Assembly (NCBI GenBank): GCA_965214695.1
Contig: CBDCCF010000001.1
Coordinates: forward strand, 18,838-82,837
Reading direction: 5' to 3'
DNA length: 64,000 bases
Source of the DNA: Paracoccaceae bacterium
GTDB lineage: Bacteria; Pseudomonadota; Alphaproteobacteria; Rhodobacterales; Rhodobacteraceae
Of the stretch, positions 54,899-64,000 are shown piece after piece. Numbering within the stretch: position 1 is the first letter of the stretch; each line of letters begins with the position of its first letter. A program made the translations under genes and the position numbers. The notes under the pieces are model-generated. The model was given only the letters and a program-made list of their open reading frames with translations. It was not told the origin of the DNA and ran no database searches.

Positions 54899-57313
54899 TC
54901 AGGTGGATGATGGCTTTCCCATGCGGTAGCCGACGCGCGGCTCGGTGAAGATGAATTTGGGTTCGTATGCATCGTCACCCAGTTTTTCGCGCAGTCTTTT
55001 GACGACGGTGCGGACCAATCCCGCGTCGCCGGAGTGGCCCTGGTCCCAGACCCGTTGCAGCAGCTGGCCGTGGGTCAACACCATACCGGCGTTGGTCGAG
55101 AGCTCGAAGAGCAGAGCGTATTCGGTCGCGGTGAGCACGACCGGTTGTCCGGCCAGAGCCACGCGGCGTTCAGTATAGTTGATCACCAGGTCTTCCAGGA
55201 CATAGTTTTCGGGCTGCCCGAGGTAGCCGATGCCGGCGCGCTGGCGCAGGACCGACCTGATGCGCGCGGCCAGTTCCGTGGGAGAGAATGGTTTCACCAC
55301 ATAGTCGGCGGCCCCTGTGTCGAAGGCCCTGGCAATGAGATTCTCCTGGCCGTAGGCGGAGAGGAAGATGACGGGCAGTGCACTCTTTTCCAGGATGTTC
55401 CTCATCAGATCGATCCCATCGAACCCCGGCAGCATCATATCCAGCAGGACGAGGTGGGGCCCCTCCTTGGCAATCAGACGGTCGACGTCATCCGGTTCTG
55501 CGGTCACGATGGGGTCATAGCCTGATTTAGAGAGGACATCGCGGATATATCTGAGCGCGTGGGGATCGTCGTCCACGACGAGGATGCGCGTCCGCTCTTG
55601 TGTCTCATTGCCGGGTTCGGCGACGAACGGCGCGGGTTCGCCGGCGGCTGCGGTTTCTTTTTGCCCGGCAATTGGAACTGTAAAGATAAAGCGCGCGCCC
55701 TGGCCGGGACCGTCACTTTCGGCCCAGATGCGGCCTCCGTGCGCCTCGACGATGCCTTTGCAGATTGCGAGACCGAGCCCCGACCCGGTGAGGTCTCCCT
55801 GCCGGTCCTCGCCGTCGACGCGGGAGAATTTTCTGAACAGGAACGGCAGCCGTTCGGCCGGTATGCCTCTGCCCTCGTCGGCGATTGAGACGACAACCTG
55901 AAACTGTTTCAGCACCGCGCGCACGGTGATGGTGGACAGCTCGTTGGAATGCCTGGCCGCATTGGAGAGCAGGTTGCTGAGGACCTGGACGATGCGGCGT
56001 CTGTCGGTCATGACCTGGGGCAGATCCGGGGCAACGTCGATCTGGATGCTGTGTCTGCGGCCTGAGCTCATGAACATGATGCGGGCCTCGTCCACGAGGG
56101 TGACGGTGTCGGACGGCTCCGGGGCGACGGAAAGCGTGCCTGTCTCGATGCGAGCCACATCGAGCAGGTCGCGTATGAGGCTGCGCATGCGGTCGGCCTG
56201 ATCTGAGATGATGCGGTGGAACTGGCGCATTTCGGCCGGATCCAGGGAGGATGCTTCGTCGAGGAGGGTGTTTGCGGAGCCTCTGATTGAGGTCAGCGGG
56301 GTCTGCAGCTCGTGGCTCACCATCCCCATGAATTCGGCGCGCAGCCGTTCCAGCTCCTCGAGCGGCGACATATCCTGCATCGTCACGACAACCGATTCGA
56401 CCGCGCCATCCTGTGCGTGGATCGGCGTGGCGTTAATCAGCGTTTTGACGCTGCGGCCGTCGGGGACCTCCATCACAATTTCTTCAAGGCGAACGATCTC
56501 GCCGGTGCTGAGCGCCTGGGCCAGGGGGAACTCGTCGAGGGCGATCTCACGGCCGTCGGCACGGCGGCAGGTTATCAGTTCGAGGAGCTCCTCCACAGGG
56601 CGGCCGGGCATCTGCAGGCTGCTGACGATTCTTCTGGCCTCTTGATTGAGGGAGACCGGTACCCCTGTTCCTACATCAAACACGACCACACCGACCGGCG
56701 AGGTGTTGATCAGGGTTTCGAGGTCGGTCCTGGCGCGCTGCTCGTCCCGGTAGCGACGGGCGTTAGCGATGACGAGCGCGGCCTGACATGCAAACATGAT
56801 CAGTGTTTCTTCATCTTCGGCGGTGAACTCCTGATCGGCCCCTAACTCGGCCAGAAAGATGTTGCCGACGCGTTTTCCTCCGTGGTGGATAGGCGCCGCC
56901 AGGAAGGAGACTGGAATACTCGCGCCCCCCGGTAGGGGTGGTTCGGGAAGGTTGAAGGCCCTGATGTGGCCGATCAGGTCGGGAAGGCGAAGCGGTTCCG
57001 GGATATTGCCGAGGTGTTCGAAGAGTTTCAGTGCATCGGGCAGTTCCCACAGGCCCTGGGCTTCCTGGGAAGTCATGCCGGAGGAGAGAAAATCGTCGGC
57101 CTGGCCCGTTTCGTCGAGGAGGGTGAGCACGCCGTAGCTGGCGCCGGTGAGAGAGCGGGCGGAGTCGAGGACGCTTTGCAGAACGGCGTCGAATTCGAGG
57201 CTTTCGTTGATGCGCAGGCTGGCCCTGCTCAAGCGGGAAAGGCGGTCCCGCAATGCTTTATTTTCCTGTATGAGTTCGTCGGAGGGCTTCATCTTTGTCT
57301 CCCTATCTGGCAA
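54899..57313 (-). CDS. sensor histidine kinase fused to a complete OmpR/PhoB-type response regulator (GAF-PAS-HisKA-HATPase-REC-wHTH)
   Basis: H-box MVSHELQTPLTSIRG, N/G boxes LSNLLSNAARHS, DEGRGI and GSGLGLAICKGIV. REC: ILVVDDD..LLDMMLPGFDG..VVKPF. wHTH: LTATEYALLFEL...VKRLREKLGD...TEPRVGYRM. Confidence 0.9.
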   Translation of the reverse strand: MPDRETKMKPSDELIQENKALRDRLSRLSRASLRINESLEFDAVLQSVLDSARSLTGASYGVLTLLDETGQADDFLSSGMTSQEAQGLWELPDALKLFEHLGNIPEPLRLPDLIGHIRAFNLPEPPLPGGASIPVSFLAAPIHHGGKRVGNIFLAELGADQEFTAEDEETLIMFACQAALVIANARRYRDEQRARTDLETLINTSPVGVVVFDVGTGVPVSLNQEARRIVSSLQMPGRPVEELLELITCRRADGREIALDEFPLAQALSTGEIVRLEEIVMEVPDGRSVKTLINATPIHAQDGAVESVVVTMQDMSPLEELERLRAEFMGMVSHELQTPLTSIRGSANTLLDEASSLDPAEMRQFHRIISDQADRMRSLIRDLLDVARIETGTLSVAPEPSDTVTLVDEARIMFMSSGRRHSIQIDVAPDLPQVMTDRRRIVQVLSNLLSNAARHSNELSTITVRAVLKQFQVVVSIADEGRGIPAERLPFLFRKFSRVDGEDRQGDLTGSGLGLAICKGIVEAHGGRIWAESDGPGQGARFIFTVPIAGQKETAAAGEPAPFVAEPGNETQERTRILVVDDDPHALRYIRDVLSKSGYDPIVTAEPDDVDRLIAKEGPHLVLLDMMLPGFDGIDLMRNILEKSALPVIFLSAYGQENLIARAFDTGAADYVVKPFSPTELAARIRSVLRQRAGIGYLGQPENYVLEDLVINYTERRVALAGQPVVLTATEYALLFELSTNAGMVLTHGQLLQRVWDQGHSGDAGLVRTVVKRLREKLGDDAYEPKFIFTEPRVGYRMGKPSST

Positions 57314-57393
57314 GAAGGTGCGCCGCTGGATCCGGGTCCTGATTTGGGCCGCGTATGGCGCAGACGGTCCCTATTCTACCATTCGGAGGAAAA

Positions 57394-57411
57394 TTGACAC
57401 AATATTGATAC
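57394..57411 (+). promoter_or_regulatory. pho-box-like direct repeat (7+4+7), copy 2
   Basis: TTGACAC-AATA-TTGATAC, 81 bp upstream of the divergently oriented kinase-regulator fusion gene. Confidence 0.45.
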
Positions 57412-57575
57412 AAAAAAAAGGCACAATTCACATGCAAATGACATTTCGACGCTGTATACTATAAAGTTCGCGGTCTGTGAATGGAGACGGACGCGCTTGT
57501 GGATCATGTTTTCGGCAGCGTCATCGACAACGTTAGCGCCGTCAGGGCAGGGCGGCCCGGAACAGGAGAAGGGCT

Positions 57576-57851
57576 GTGTCGTGGTCGAAGGGGCAGATTC
57601 AGCTTGCTATTGATGCAGTGGGGAAGGCCATGAGTGAACGCAGATTGAAGTTTCCGCCCAAATTGAGGCGGCGTATGTACACCGACAGACAGAAGGCGGA
57701 AGCCTTACAGATTTTGAGTGAGATTAACGATAACCAGCGGGTGTCGGAGAGGACGGGCGTGCCTCGCAGCACCTTGAACCAGTGGCGGATCCGGTACCAG
57801 GCCGATGAAAAGTTCGCGCGGCGAATCGATCTGTTTCTGGCTGAGGGTTAG
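57576..57851 (+). CDS. small HTH protein
   Basis: 91-aa ORF (GTG start, or ATG at MSERRL). The HTH-like segment is QRVSERTGVPRSTLNQWRIRYQ. Confidence 0.45.
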   Translation: MSWSKGQIQLAIDAVGKAMSERRLKFPPKLRRRMYTDRQKAEALQILSEINDNQRVSERTGVPRSTLNQWRIRYQADEKFARRIDLFLAEG

Positions 57852-58282
57852 GGTCTGCCATCTCCATTTTTGGTTGCGAGCCATTTGAGGAAGTGCAGTC
57901 CGATGTGGTTGCCAGCTATCAGCCTGCGAGTGAATATCCGGCAGGTTGTGCGACCGGCCCCGTCACCGGTTGCGTGAGGGAAATCGTTACGGAATGCGCT
58001 CATTGCCGGTAGAGGAGACGAGATGTTGGGCATTCCGGCGGGATACCTCCCGTGGAACGGCGGGCAGGCGGGTACAGGAAGAATCAGACTGATATCAGGT
58101 TTGCAGCGTCAGTGACGGAGAACTCAGTTGGATTTCAGGAAACCTTGTCACTGCCCGATCACGAGATCTGAAAACAGCCAGCGGTGCTTTACTCGAAATG
58201 GTGTCCTACCTGGCCTTGCTGGAGACCCAGGAGCAGAACACTTTGGCTCAGTGAAGGATGTCGTCGTGAACGACCCATCCAA

Positions 58283-58525
58283 ATGAATTTCAGAATTATT
58301 TGCCGCAACTGTAAGGGCCCGGCTCAATTTGATGAAATCGACGGACTTTACGCGCGTATCTGGTGCTCCAGTTGTGGGGTCGAGGTTCGAGGAAAGCGTG
58401 CCGACCGAATGATGCGGTATGAGATTTTTTGTCACGCGCGAAGTCCAGTCATGGACCATGCCCGACCTCATCTGGAACTCATCCCGCCGACCTGGGAATT
58501 TTATCTGTCCAAACTGCAAGAATAG
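58283..58525 (+). CDS. small zinc-ribbon protein
   Basis: MNFRIICRNCKGPAQFDEIDGLYARIWCSSCGVEV has a CxxC...CxxC pattern. It competes with the antisense ORF 58148-58519. Confidence 0.35.
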   Translation: MNFRIICRNCKGPAQFDEIDGLYARIWCSSCGVEVRGKRADRMMRYEIFCHARSPVMDHARPHLELIPPTWEFYLSKLQE

Positions 58526-58696
58526 CCGACTGCCTGGGGATCGTTGACGTCTGTCAGAATAGCGAATTGAGGGAGTAAAGTGCGGCTAGTCTGCAAAGGG
58601 CAGCGCAGTCATGCGAAGCAAATCCAATACGCCTTTGGTGTTCTTCGCGACACCATTCACCACACAAAACCTAACGCAAAAAAGGACACACCACCC

Positions 58697-59299
58697 GTGA
58701 AGCGCATCAACCTCTACTCCCTGATCGTGATCACAATTGTCTTTTCCCTCTTCTGTCTCGCCGCCGTCAACACCAACGCCCAGGAAGCCGACAACGACGA
58801 GAGTCTCGTCACTCGCCTGGGCGAACTCATCGATGAGCTGTTTACCCTTGTCGACAAGCTTGACGAACGCGTAACCGGCATTGAAGACGCAGATCAGCAG
58901 GACGAACTGTGGGATACGATAAATAACCTTGATCTCCTCGTCGGAGATCTCGAGCGGGAAGTGGACTCATTCGGGGATATGTCAGATCGATTGGACGTTC
59001 TCGAAGCTCTCTGGGACGGGCCTGGCCCTGCCTACCTCGAAAACGGGCACTGCATCCTCGCCACATCCGGCGCTGGCGGCCCCCTCCTCACCCTGCAGCA
59101 CCAGACCATTGTCCGCTACATGGCCCAGTTCGACGCCTTGCCCACCGAATACAGCATGTATTCCGTCCAGGGTGACCCTGAAAGCAGTGAAATTCTGATC
59201 TTCTACAAGACCCACGATGAAAAGCCGCTCTACGTGATCGAACGCTGGCACGGTTGTGAATTCCGCGGCAGCAGCGACTGGGTGGCGGCTGAGGGATAA
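58697..59299 (+). CDS. secreted coiled-coil protein, paralog A (C-terminal ERWHxCEF motif)
   Basis: The GTG start gives the signal peptide VKRINLYSLIVITIVFSLFCLAAVNTNA. Shares LD(E/D)RVT(G/A)(I/L)E and (V/I)ERWH(G/N)CEF(R/K)G with 59669-60133. Confidence 0.58.
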   Translation: MKRINLYSLIVITIVFSLFCLAAVNTNAQEADNDESLVTRLGELIDELFTLVDKLDERVTGIEDADQQDELWDTINNLDLLVGDLEREVDSFGDMSDRLDVLEALWDGPGPAYLENGHCILATSGAGGPLLTLQHQTIVRYMAQFDALPTEYSMYSVQGDPESSEILIFYKTHDEKPLYVIERWHGCEFRGSSDWVAAEG

Positions 59300-59668
59300 G
59301 GCATATGCCAAAAAGCGACGCCAGGCCCGCCGCGGCCGCCACCGAGGAGAAATATATTGGCGGCGAAGCAACGGACCTGCTCGTTTTCCAACTGTAGGCA
59401 GTTGATAACAAGCCGGCCCAAATACCTTCGTAGGAAGTACACAAGGATATCAGAGAGATGAAAGAACGAGACCGCTATCGCAGACACAATTGGGAGGTTT
59501 TACGAACGGACCGTCAAGAATCGGGCGGCTATACCGAGGTTGAATACTGCAGCAAGTGCAACGCCAGGCGGGAGGTGCTTTATCCGCCCGGCGTTATCAC
59601 CAGTTCGGATCCAATACCCGTACCCGAGTATTGCCCCGTGCATACGGGGAGAGAGAGAATGTCTTACG

Positions 59669-60133
59669 ATGAAACGCGTCCTGATTCTTATCGCATTGCT
59701 AGCTTTGGTCGCGCCCGCCCTGTTATTCGCTCAGGGCGACATTACGATTGAGGGCCTGAACGACAAGGTGCACGCTTTGGCCACTGATCTGATTATTCTC
59801 GCCAAGGAGCTTCGGAGGCTGGATGACCGGGTGACGGCCTTGGAGGCAGATCGGATCATACCTGCCGGCGAGTTCTGTGTTGTGTCGGCGAACACCGGGA
59901 TGGACGGTCCGACCGGTTTCCAGTTGCGTCCGGAAACGATCGACAGGTATCTGAACAGTTTCGGGGAACTGCCCGAAGGCATAAGCCTGCAGGACGCAAG
60001 AATCTTTCCTGAAAGCGGGATATTGGAGATGCGATATGTTGTCGAGGACTCGATATATGACATTGAGATAGTCGAGAGATGGCACAACTGCGAATTCAAG
60101 GGCGTAGAGTTGAATGACATGGCGGCACCATAA
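59669..60133 (+). CDS. secreted coiled-coil protein, paralog B
   Basis: Signal peptide MKRVLILIALLALVAPALLFA. Shares its motifs with paralog A. Confidence 0.6.
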   Translation: MKRVLILIALLALVAPALLFAQGDITIEGLNDKVHALATDLIILAKELRRLDDRVTALEADRIIPAGEFCVVSANTGMDGPTGFQLRPETIDRYLNSFGELPEGISLQDARIFPESGILEMRYVVEDSIYDIEIVERWHNCEFKGVELNDMAAP

Positions 60134-60331
60134 GTGAGAAAGCGCGACTTAACCCGTAAGGGGCGAAGTTGGGCAAATCTACCGAAATTGGAGTATGGAT
60201 TGTACCGAAACCAGCATATTTAAACGAGACAGACGGGCCCGAAAGAGGATAATCTGTAACTACCTCACAGATCACTGGTGAGATCTCTGTATCATAGTTT
60301 ACAGGGAGGCAAAAGATGACGGAGCTAGCAT

Positions 60332-60808
60332 ATGACCCTCCAAAATTTATTCTCAGAGACCCCGATGAATTCCCGGGTGAAAAAGTGGGCGCAGGTGGCG
60401 GGCCTGGCTTTGGCGCTGCGTGCTTTTATCGTTGTAATGCACGGCTACTTTAGGGACGTCCTGTTCTTTGTGGACATCAGTCTTCTGCTGGTGTTTGGAT
60501 GGCCCTTGCTAAACGTTGCTGTCCTGCTCATTGCGTCATTGCCCGGCACAGACAGAATTTTTCGCATCGCTCGATTTGTGTTGCCCGCACTGGTAATTAA
60601 CGCGGCGTGGAGAATTTATGAGTACTTTGCGATGTATGACGATTGCGAAGTGACAGCAGGCGGACGGCACGAGTTTATTTGCGAGAGCGTGGGCATGCAG
60701 TTCTTTTTTCTGCTTCCGTTTCTGGCATTATGGGTAATTTATGTGGCTTTCCACCTGTACAAGCGCTGGCGATTGTCGCTTGTGAACAAGCCATCATACG
60801 AGGGGTGA
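60332..60808 (+). CDS. polytopic membrane protein
   Basis: 158-aa ORF with about 4 hydrophobic helices. Confidence 0.5.
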   Translation: MTLQNLFSETPMNSRVKKWAQVAGLALALRAFIVVMHGYFRDVLFFVDISLLLVFGWPLLNVAVLLIASLPGTDRIFRIARFVLPALVINAAWRIYEYFAMYDDCEVTAGGRHEFICESVGMQFFFLLPFLALWVIYVAFHLYKRWRLSLVNKPSYEG

Positions 60809-60969
60809 TCTTAGGGCCCCGATCATGAGTCACTATTTCAAAGGGGAATTATATCGAATTCTAGCCAAATGCCCTGATTGACTATGATACTTGCATTTCC
60901 CATATCAAAGATAACACGCCTTCCAGTGGGCAGGCGTTTGTCGTTTATTTGCGTGTTCGTGCACAACCC

Positions 60970-61458
60970 CTAATCTCCATCTCCTTGCCGCATACGCCTT
61001 TGCAGCACATTTGACCAAGTGCCGACTTGGTTGCTGTTTACATCGACTGCACGGGCCTTGTATTCGTACAGAACATCAAACCTTGCAGATTCGTCCACGA
61101 AAACATAAGTGTCGTAGATCGTTTTCCCCACAACAGCTTTCAACAGCCATCTACTCCAAACGTTGCCGGCATATTTGTCATCAAGCCCGCGCCTATACAC
61201 CTCGAAAAACCGAACGTTTTGGAGTTCGCCACTTTCGATTGTTATGAAATTGGCGTCATCTATGTCGTTATCGACAGCCAGGATCGGTCTAGGCGCGTCG
61301 GGGACAGGTGTGGCGGTGGTGTTGAGCACCACCGCGGGAACACTGGTCGGTGTCGGCACCCTCAGTACATTTATTCCCGTCACCACCGAGATCGCCAGCA
61401 CCACCGCCACCGCCACCAACACAACTCCTAAAGGGGTGGGGATTATGTTAGTCTTCAT
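60970..61458 (-). CDS. membrane-anchored extracytoplasmic protein
   Basis: Start MKTNIIPTPLGVVLVAVAVVLAISVV (TM anchor), then a beta-rich domain. No family call. Confidence 0.5.
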   Translation of the reverse strand: MKTNIIPTPLGVVLVAVAVVLAISVVTGINVLRVPTPTSVPAVVLNTTATPVPDAPRPILAVDNDIDDANFITIESGELQNVRFFEVYRRGLDDKYAGNVWSRWLLKAVVGKTIYDTYVFVDESARFDVLYEYKARAVDVNSNQVGTWSNVLQRRMRQGDGD

Positions 61459-61686
61459 GTGCGGAATCACAAAACGGGGGTTGTGCCTCGATCCTGATCC
61501 CACGGTGGCACCGAAACAAGAGTGAGGTCAAAACAGGACAAAAAACTGGGGCCTATATTCCAAAGTGCCATGCAAGAGGGGAAATGATTGACAGACATCG
61601 CACAAAGTGAAGCGGTATTCTCCTTCCCATTTTTTGGCGAAGTACTTGAGGAGCCCATCACCAAAGAAACCACAGGAGACAAAGCC

Positions 61687-62002
61687 ATGTTTAGGAAACC
61701 TCCAATCGCCGGCCTTGCAGTTCTGATTGCCGCGTGTGTACCCAATTCCCACAGATCCGCCAGTGCCTGACCCCACTCCACAAATGCAGGCCAATCTGGA
61801 CGATTTTGCGCCGGTCTTCGCAACGATGGATTTCCCACTTATGGACGATTCCGCCATCCCAGAAGAAGAATATATGAACTTGATTCTTGAACTTCGGGAT
61901 TGCTTAATGCCCGAGGCTACCCCCGAAGAACTGGACCGATGGGGAGATTGCTGCTATGGAGTAGTATCTCGTATTTCTCGTGTTCACCTCATACTATTTT
62001 GA
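61687..62002 (+). pseudogene. possible frameshifted lipoprotein gene
   Basis: The signal/lipobox MFRKPPIAGLAVLIAACVP is in one frame. The body (YPIPTDPPVPDPTPQ...EELDRWGDCCYG) is in the next frame, with the shift near 61735. Confidence 0.35.
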
Positions 62003-62724
62003 AGGCGAGGGCCTGGTCATCGATCATCTGAAGACGGGATTAACCGATTGCCAAGAAAGGGCATGGGACTAACGACGTGTCCCGATCCCGACGGGAACTC
62101 TAATGGCACCTTGGTATATAAGCCCCCAAATAAGGGGGTCGAACCACTCCATCTTTTTCAATTCTATTAACGCCTTGCACAGTTTGGCGATGTCAACCAT
62201 GTCGGGTCTGTGCAGTTTTTCGAGTAATTCACAGAAAAACAACACGACATTGCAAGAGGCCAAGCCTTGCAAAAAGATCTGGCTAAAATTCGATATAATT
62301 TCCTTATTTTGGGGAATTGTTTGGCGTCCACAGTCGGCCGGCGCCGACACTCCAACCGCAACCACGTCTGGTCCATCCTGCCGTCTCCAAGATGGCTGAA
62401 GACGGCGAAATTTACCCGGAATGGTCAGTTTTCAGCTGACTAGAACGGATTTTCCCTCACAGGAGGCCCGTAGAGCGCCGTAAACGGGCAAGGGGTAGCT
62501 ATAGGACCTTGTGTTTCGTAGCGGTCTTCTGACGGCCGCCAGACGCTCTGTTCCGGCGCAGGCCGGTAAGACACCCTTCGACCCTTTGCTCTTCCCGACT
62601 CGGTCGGTGCGTTGTCCGGCTGCGCTTTGTCTGCTGAAATGCAGGCGCTCGAGGATGCGGACGGGCACCGATGGATTCTGTATCCCGGAGTTGGTCAGAA
62701 TGCCCGAGGCAATGTCGCGACTCG

Positions 62725-64000
62725 CTATTGGGCGGGGCCGATTCGCAGGATCATATCGCCTTCGGGTGGGCACTCACCGCGATTGTCGCAGTTGCTGGTC
62801 ATCAGGTAGAGATACCCGTCGGCATCGCTGACGATGGTACGCAGGCGTCCATAGTCATTGCGCAGGTACACCTCATGGTCCAGGATGGTGTAGGGGTCGT
62901 TTTGGTCAAACACCACCCGATGCAGGTGCCGGCCATGCATTGCTCTGCCGGTGAATCTCTCGATGAGCCCGACGGTCGTGAACAGGAAACTGTCGGTCCA
63001 TTCCGGGATCAGGTCGCCGCGATAGAAGGTCGCGCCGGTCGGCGGCACCGAACCCTCCCACGCCAACACCGGGCTGACCAGCCCCTCTTGCGTGTCGCAT
63101 CCCCAGATGCGGGGCCAACCCAGATTGTCGCCGGCGGTCACGACGTCGACCTCGTCAAACCCTGCCAAGTCCGGTCTCCCTAGTTCAGCGCCGGAAGGCC
63201 CGTGGTCCACCATCACGATGTGCTGGTCGTCGAACCAGTCGTAGCCCTGCGTGTTGCGTATGCCGCTGACGAAGATATAGCTGTCCGGGTCCGGGTTGTC
63301 CGGGGGGATACCGCCTTCGAGGTCCATTCTGAGCAGCTTCCCCGCCAGGGTGTCGGGATTTTGCGCTTCAGGGGGGTCATAGGCACCGACGCCTACGTAC
63401 AACATACCGTCCGGCCCCAACCGCATGCGACCGCCTTGATGATGCAGTCCTGCGGGCAGGTCATCGATGATCAGGCGGTCCAACGTTGCCGCGCGTCCGT
63501 CATCGGAGAGCACATAGCGCTCGATTCGGCCGACCGACAGGTCGTCTTCGTTATCTATGTTGTAAAAGATGTAGAACTGGCGATTGGTGTCGAATTCGGG
63601 GTGCAGGAGCAGGCCCAGCAGTCCGCCTTCAGATCCCGCTATCGGGTGGCCGCCCAACGGAGGCAGGATCGACACGCCGAACTCGAGCACCGGTTCGGGG
63701 ACGATTTCGCCGGCCTGAATCAGGCGCACACGGCCAGGCCGCTCGGTAACCAGCAGGTCGCCGGCAGGAAGAATCGCCAATCCCCAGGGAATCTCAAGAC
63801 CGTCAGCTATCACCTCGACGTGCAGCTGCACGTCGCCCGCCCGGCCCGGCTCGCCCTGTATCAACTGGCACGATGCAGATTCAGACGGTGCCTGAGCCGG
63901 CTCAGCGTCGCTAACCATCACGGTCGCTGTTGGTTCCGGCGGAACTATCCCGGTCATCTCCACAGGGACAGTGCAGGCAACCATCAGGAACGCAAAGATA
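62725..64000 (-). CDS. PQQ-dependent sugar (glucose/sorbosone) dehydrogenase-like beta-propeller; N-terminus beyond the window
   Basis: Blocks GLEIPWGLAILPAGDLLVTERPGRVRLI, GGLLGLLLHPEF, GGRMRLGPDGMLYV, GIRNTQGYDW. The frame stays open upstream of the M at 63984 (..IFAFLMVAC, lipobox-like). Confidence 0.82.
   Translation of the reverse strand, partial: IFAFLMVACTVPVEMTGIVPPEPTATVMVSDAEPAQAPSESASCQLIQGEPGRAGDVQLHVEVIADGLEIPWGLAILPAGDLLVTERPGRVRLIQAGEIVPEPVLEFGVSILPPLGGHPIAGSEGGLLGLLLHPEFDTNRQFYIFYNIDNEDDLSVGRIERYVLSDDGRAATLDRLIIDDLPAGLHHQGGRMRLGPDGMLYVGVGAYDPPEAQNPDTLAGKLLRMDLEGGIPPDNPDPDSYIFVSGIRNTQGYDWFDDQHIVMVDHGPSGAELGRPDLAGFDEVDVVTAGDNLGWPRIWGCDTQEGLVSPVLAWEGSVPPTGATFYRGDLIPEWTDSFLFTTVGLIERFTGRAMHGRHLHRVVFDQNDPYTILDHEVYLRNDYGRLRTIVSDADGYLYLMTSNCDNRGECPPEGDMILRIGPAQ

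Noticed and set aside
58148-58519. 123-aa minus-strand ORF
   Set aside because: It overlaps the plus-strand CxxC...CxxC zinc-ribbon ORF almost completely. The call is weak either way.

Overview
High-GC (roughly 58-60% by eye) bacterial window, mostly minus-strand genes, with no rRNA and no intact tRNA. I cannot assign a taxon from sequence alone.

Layout:
- 0-5.3 kb: envelope and secreted proteins (SH3b lipoprotein, DUF4349, small hypotheticals) and a decayed SIMPL/DUF541 copy.
- 5.8-11.1 kb: a plasmid/phage-like replication module (ribbon-helix-helix protein, Toprim primase-like, RepA/AAA_25-like ATPase, 521-aa unknown) next to a roughly 1-kb iteron-like repeat array. No integrase is visible anywhere in the window.
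- 11.2-31 kb: ordinary-looking genes. These are an M16 peptidase, a sulfatase, two intact and one frameshifted SIMPL/DUF541 paralogs interleaved with membrane and lipoprotein genes, an MmyB-like regulator, comM/yifB, a P450 and a solute-binding protein.
- 31-32 kb: a double-Cache lipoprotein gene flanked by about 310-bp direct repeats.
- 32.3-52.6 kb: an accessory defense/mobile island. It holds a candidate sRNA, PrimPol, MntA plus a frameshifted HepT, a PIN-like pair, an hsdM remnant, a RusA-like plus PD-(D/E)xK-HEPN gene pair, and a 26-repeat CRISPR array. These are followed by a complete but atypically organised type I cas operon (WYL-cas3-orf103-cas8like-cas7-cas5-cas6-cas1-cas2-cas4) and an hsdR C-terminal remnant.
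- 52.6-64 kb: decayed small ORFs, a single-polypeptide histidine kinase/OmpR-type response regulator fusion with duplicated pho-box-like sites, paralogous secreted proteins, and a PQQ-type sugar dehydrogenase that runs off the window.

Several dispersed repeat families (MITE/REP-like elements, heptamer G-tract repeats, CACAAGG hairpins) punctuate intergenic DNA.

The best candidates for something new are the mosaic type I CRISPR-Cas architecture with its extra translationally coupled ORF, the RusA-like/nuclease-HEPN pair, the iteron array and the promoter-to-terminator sRNA candidate. All family calls come from motifs recognised by eye, not from database searches.
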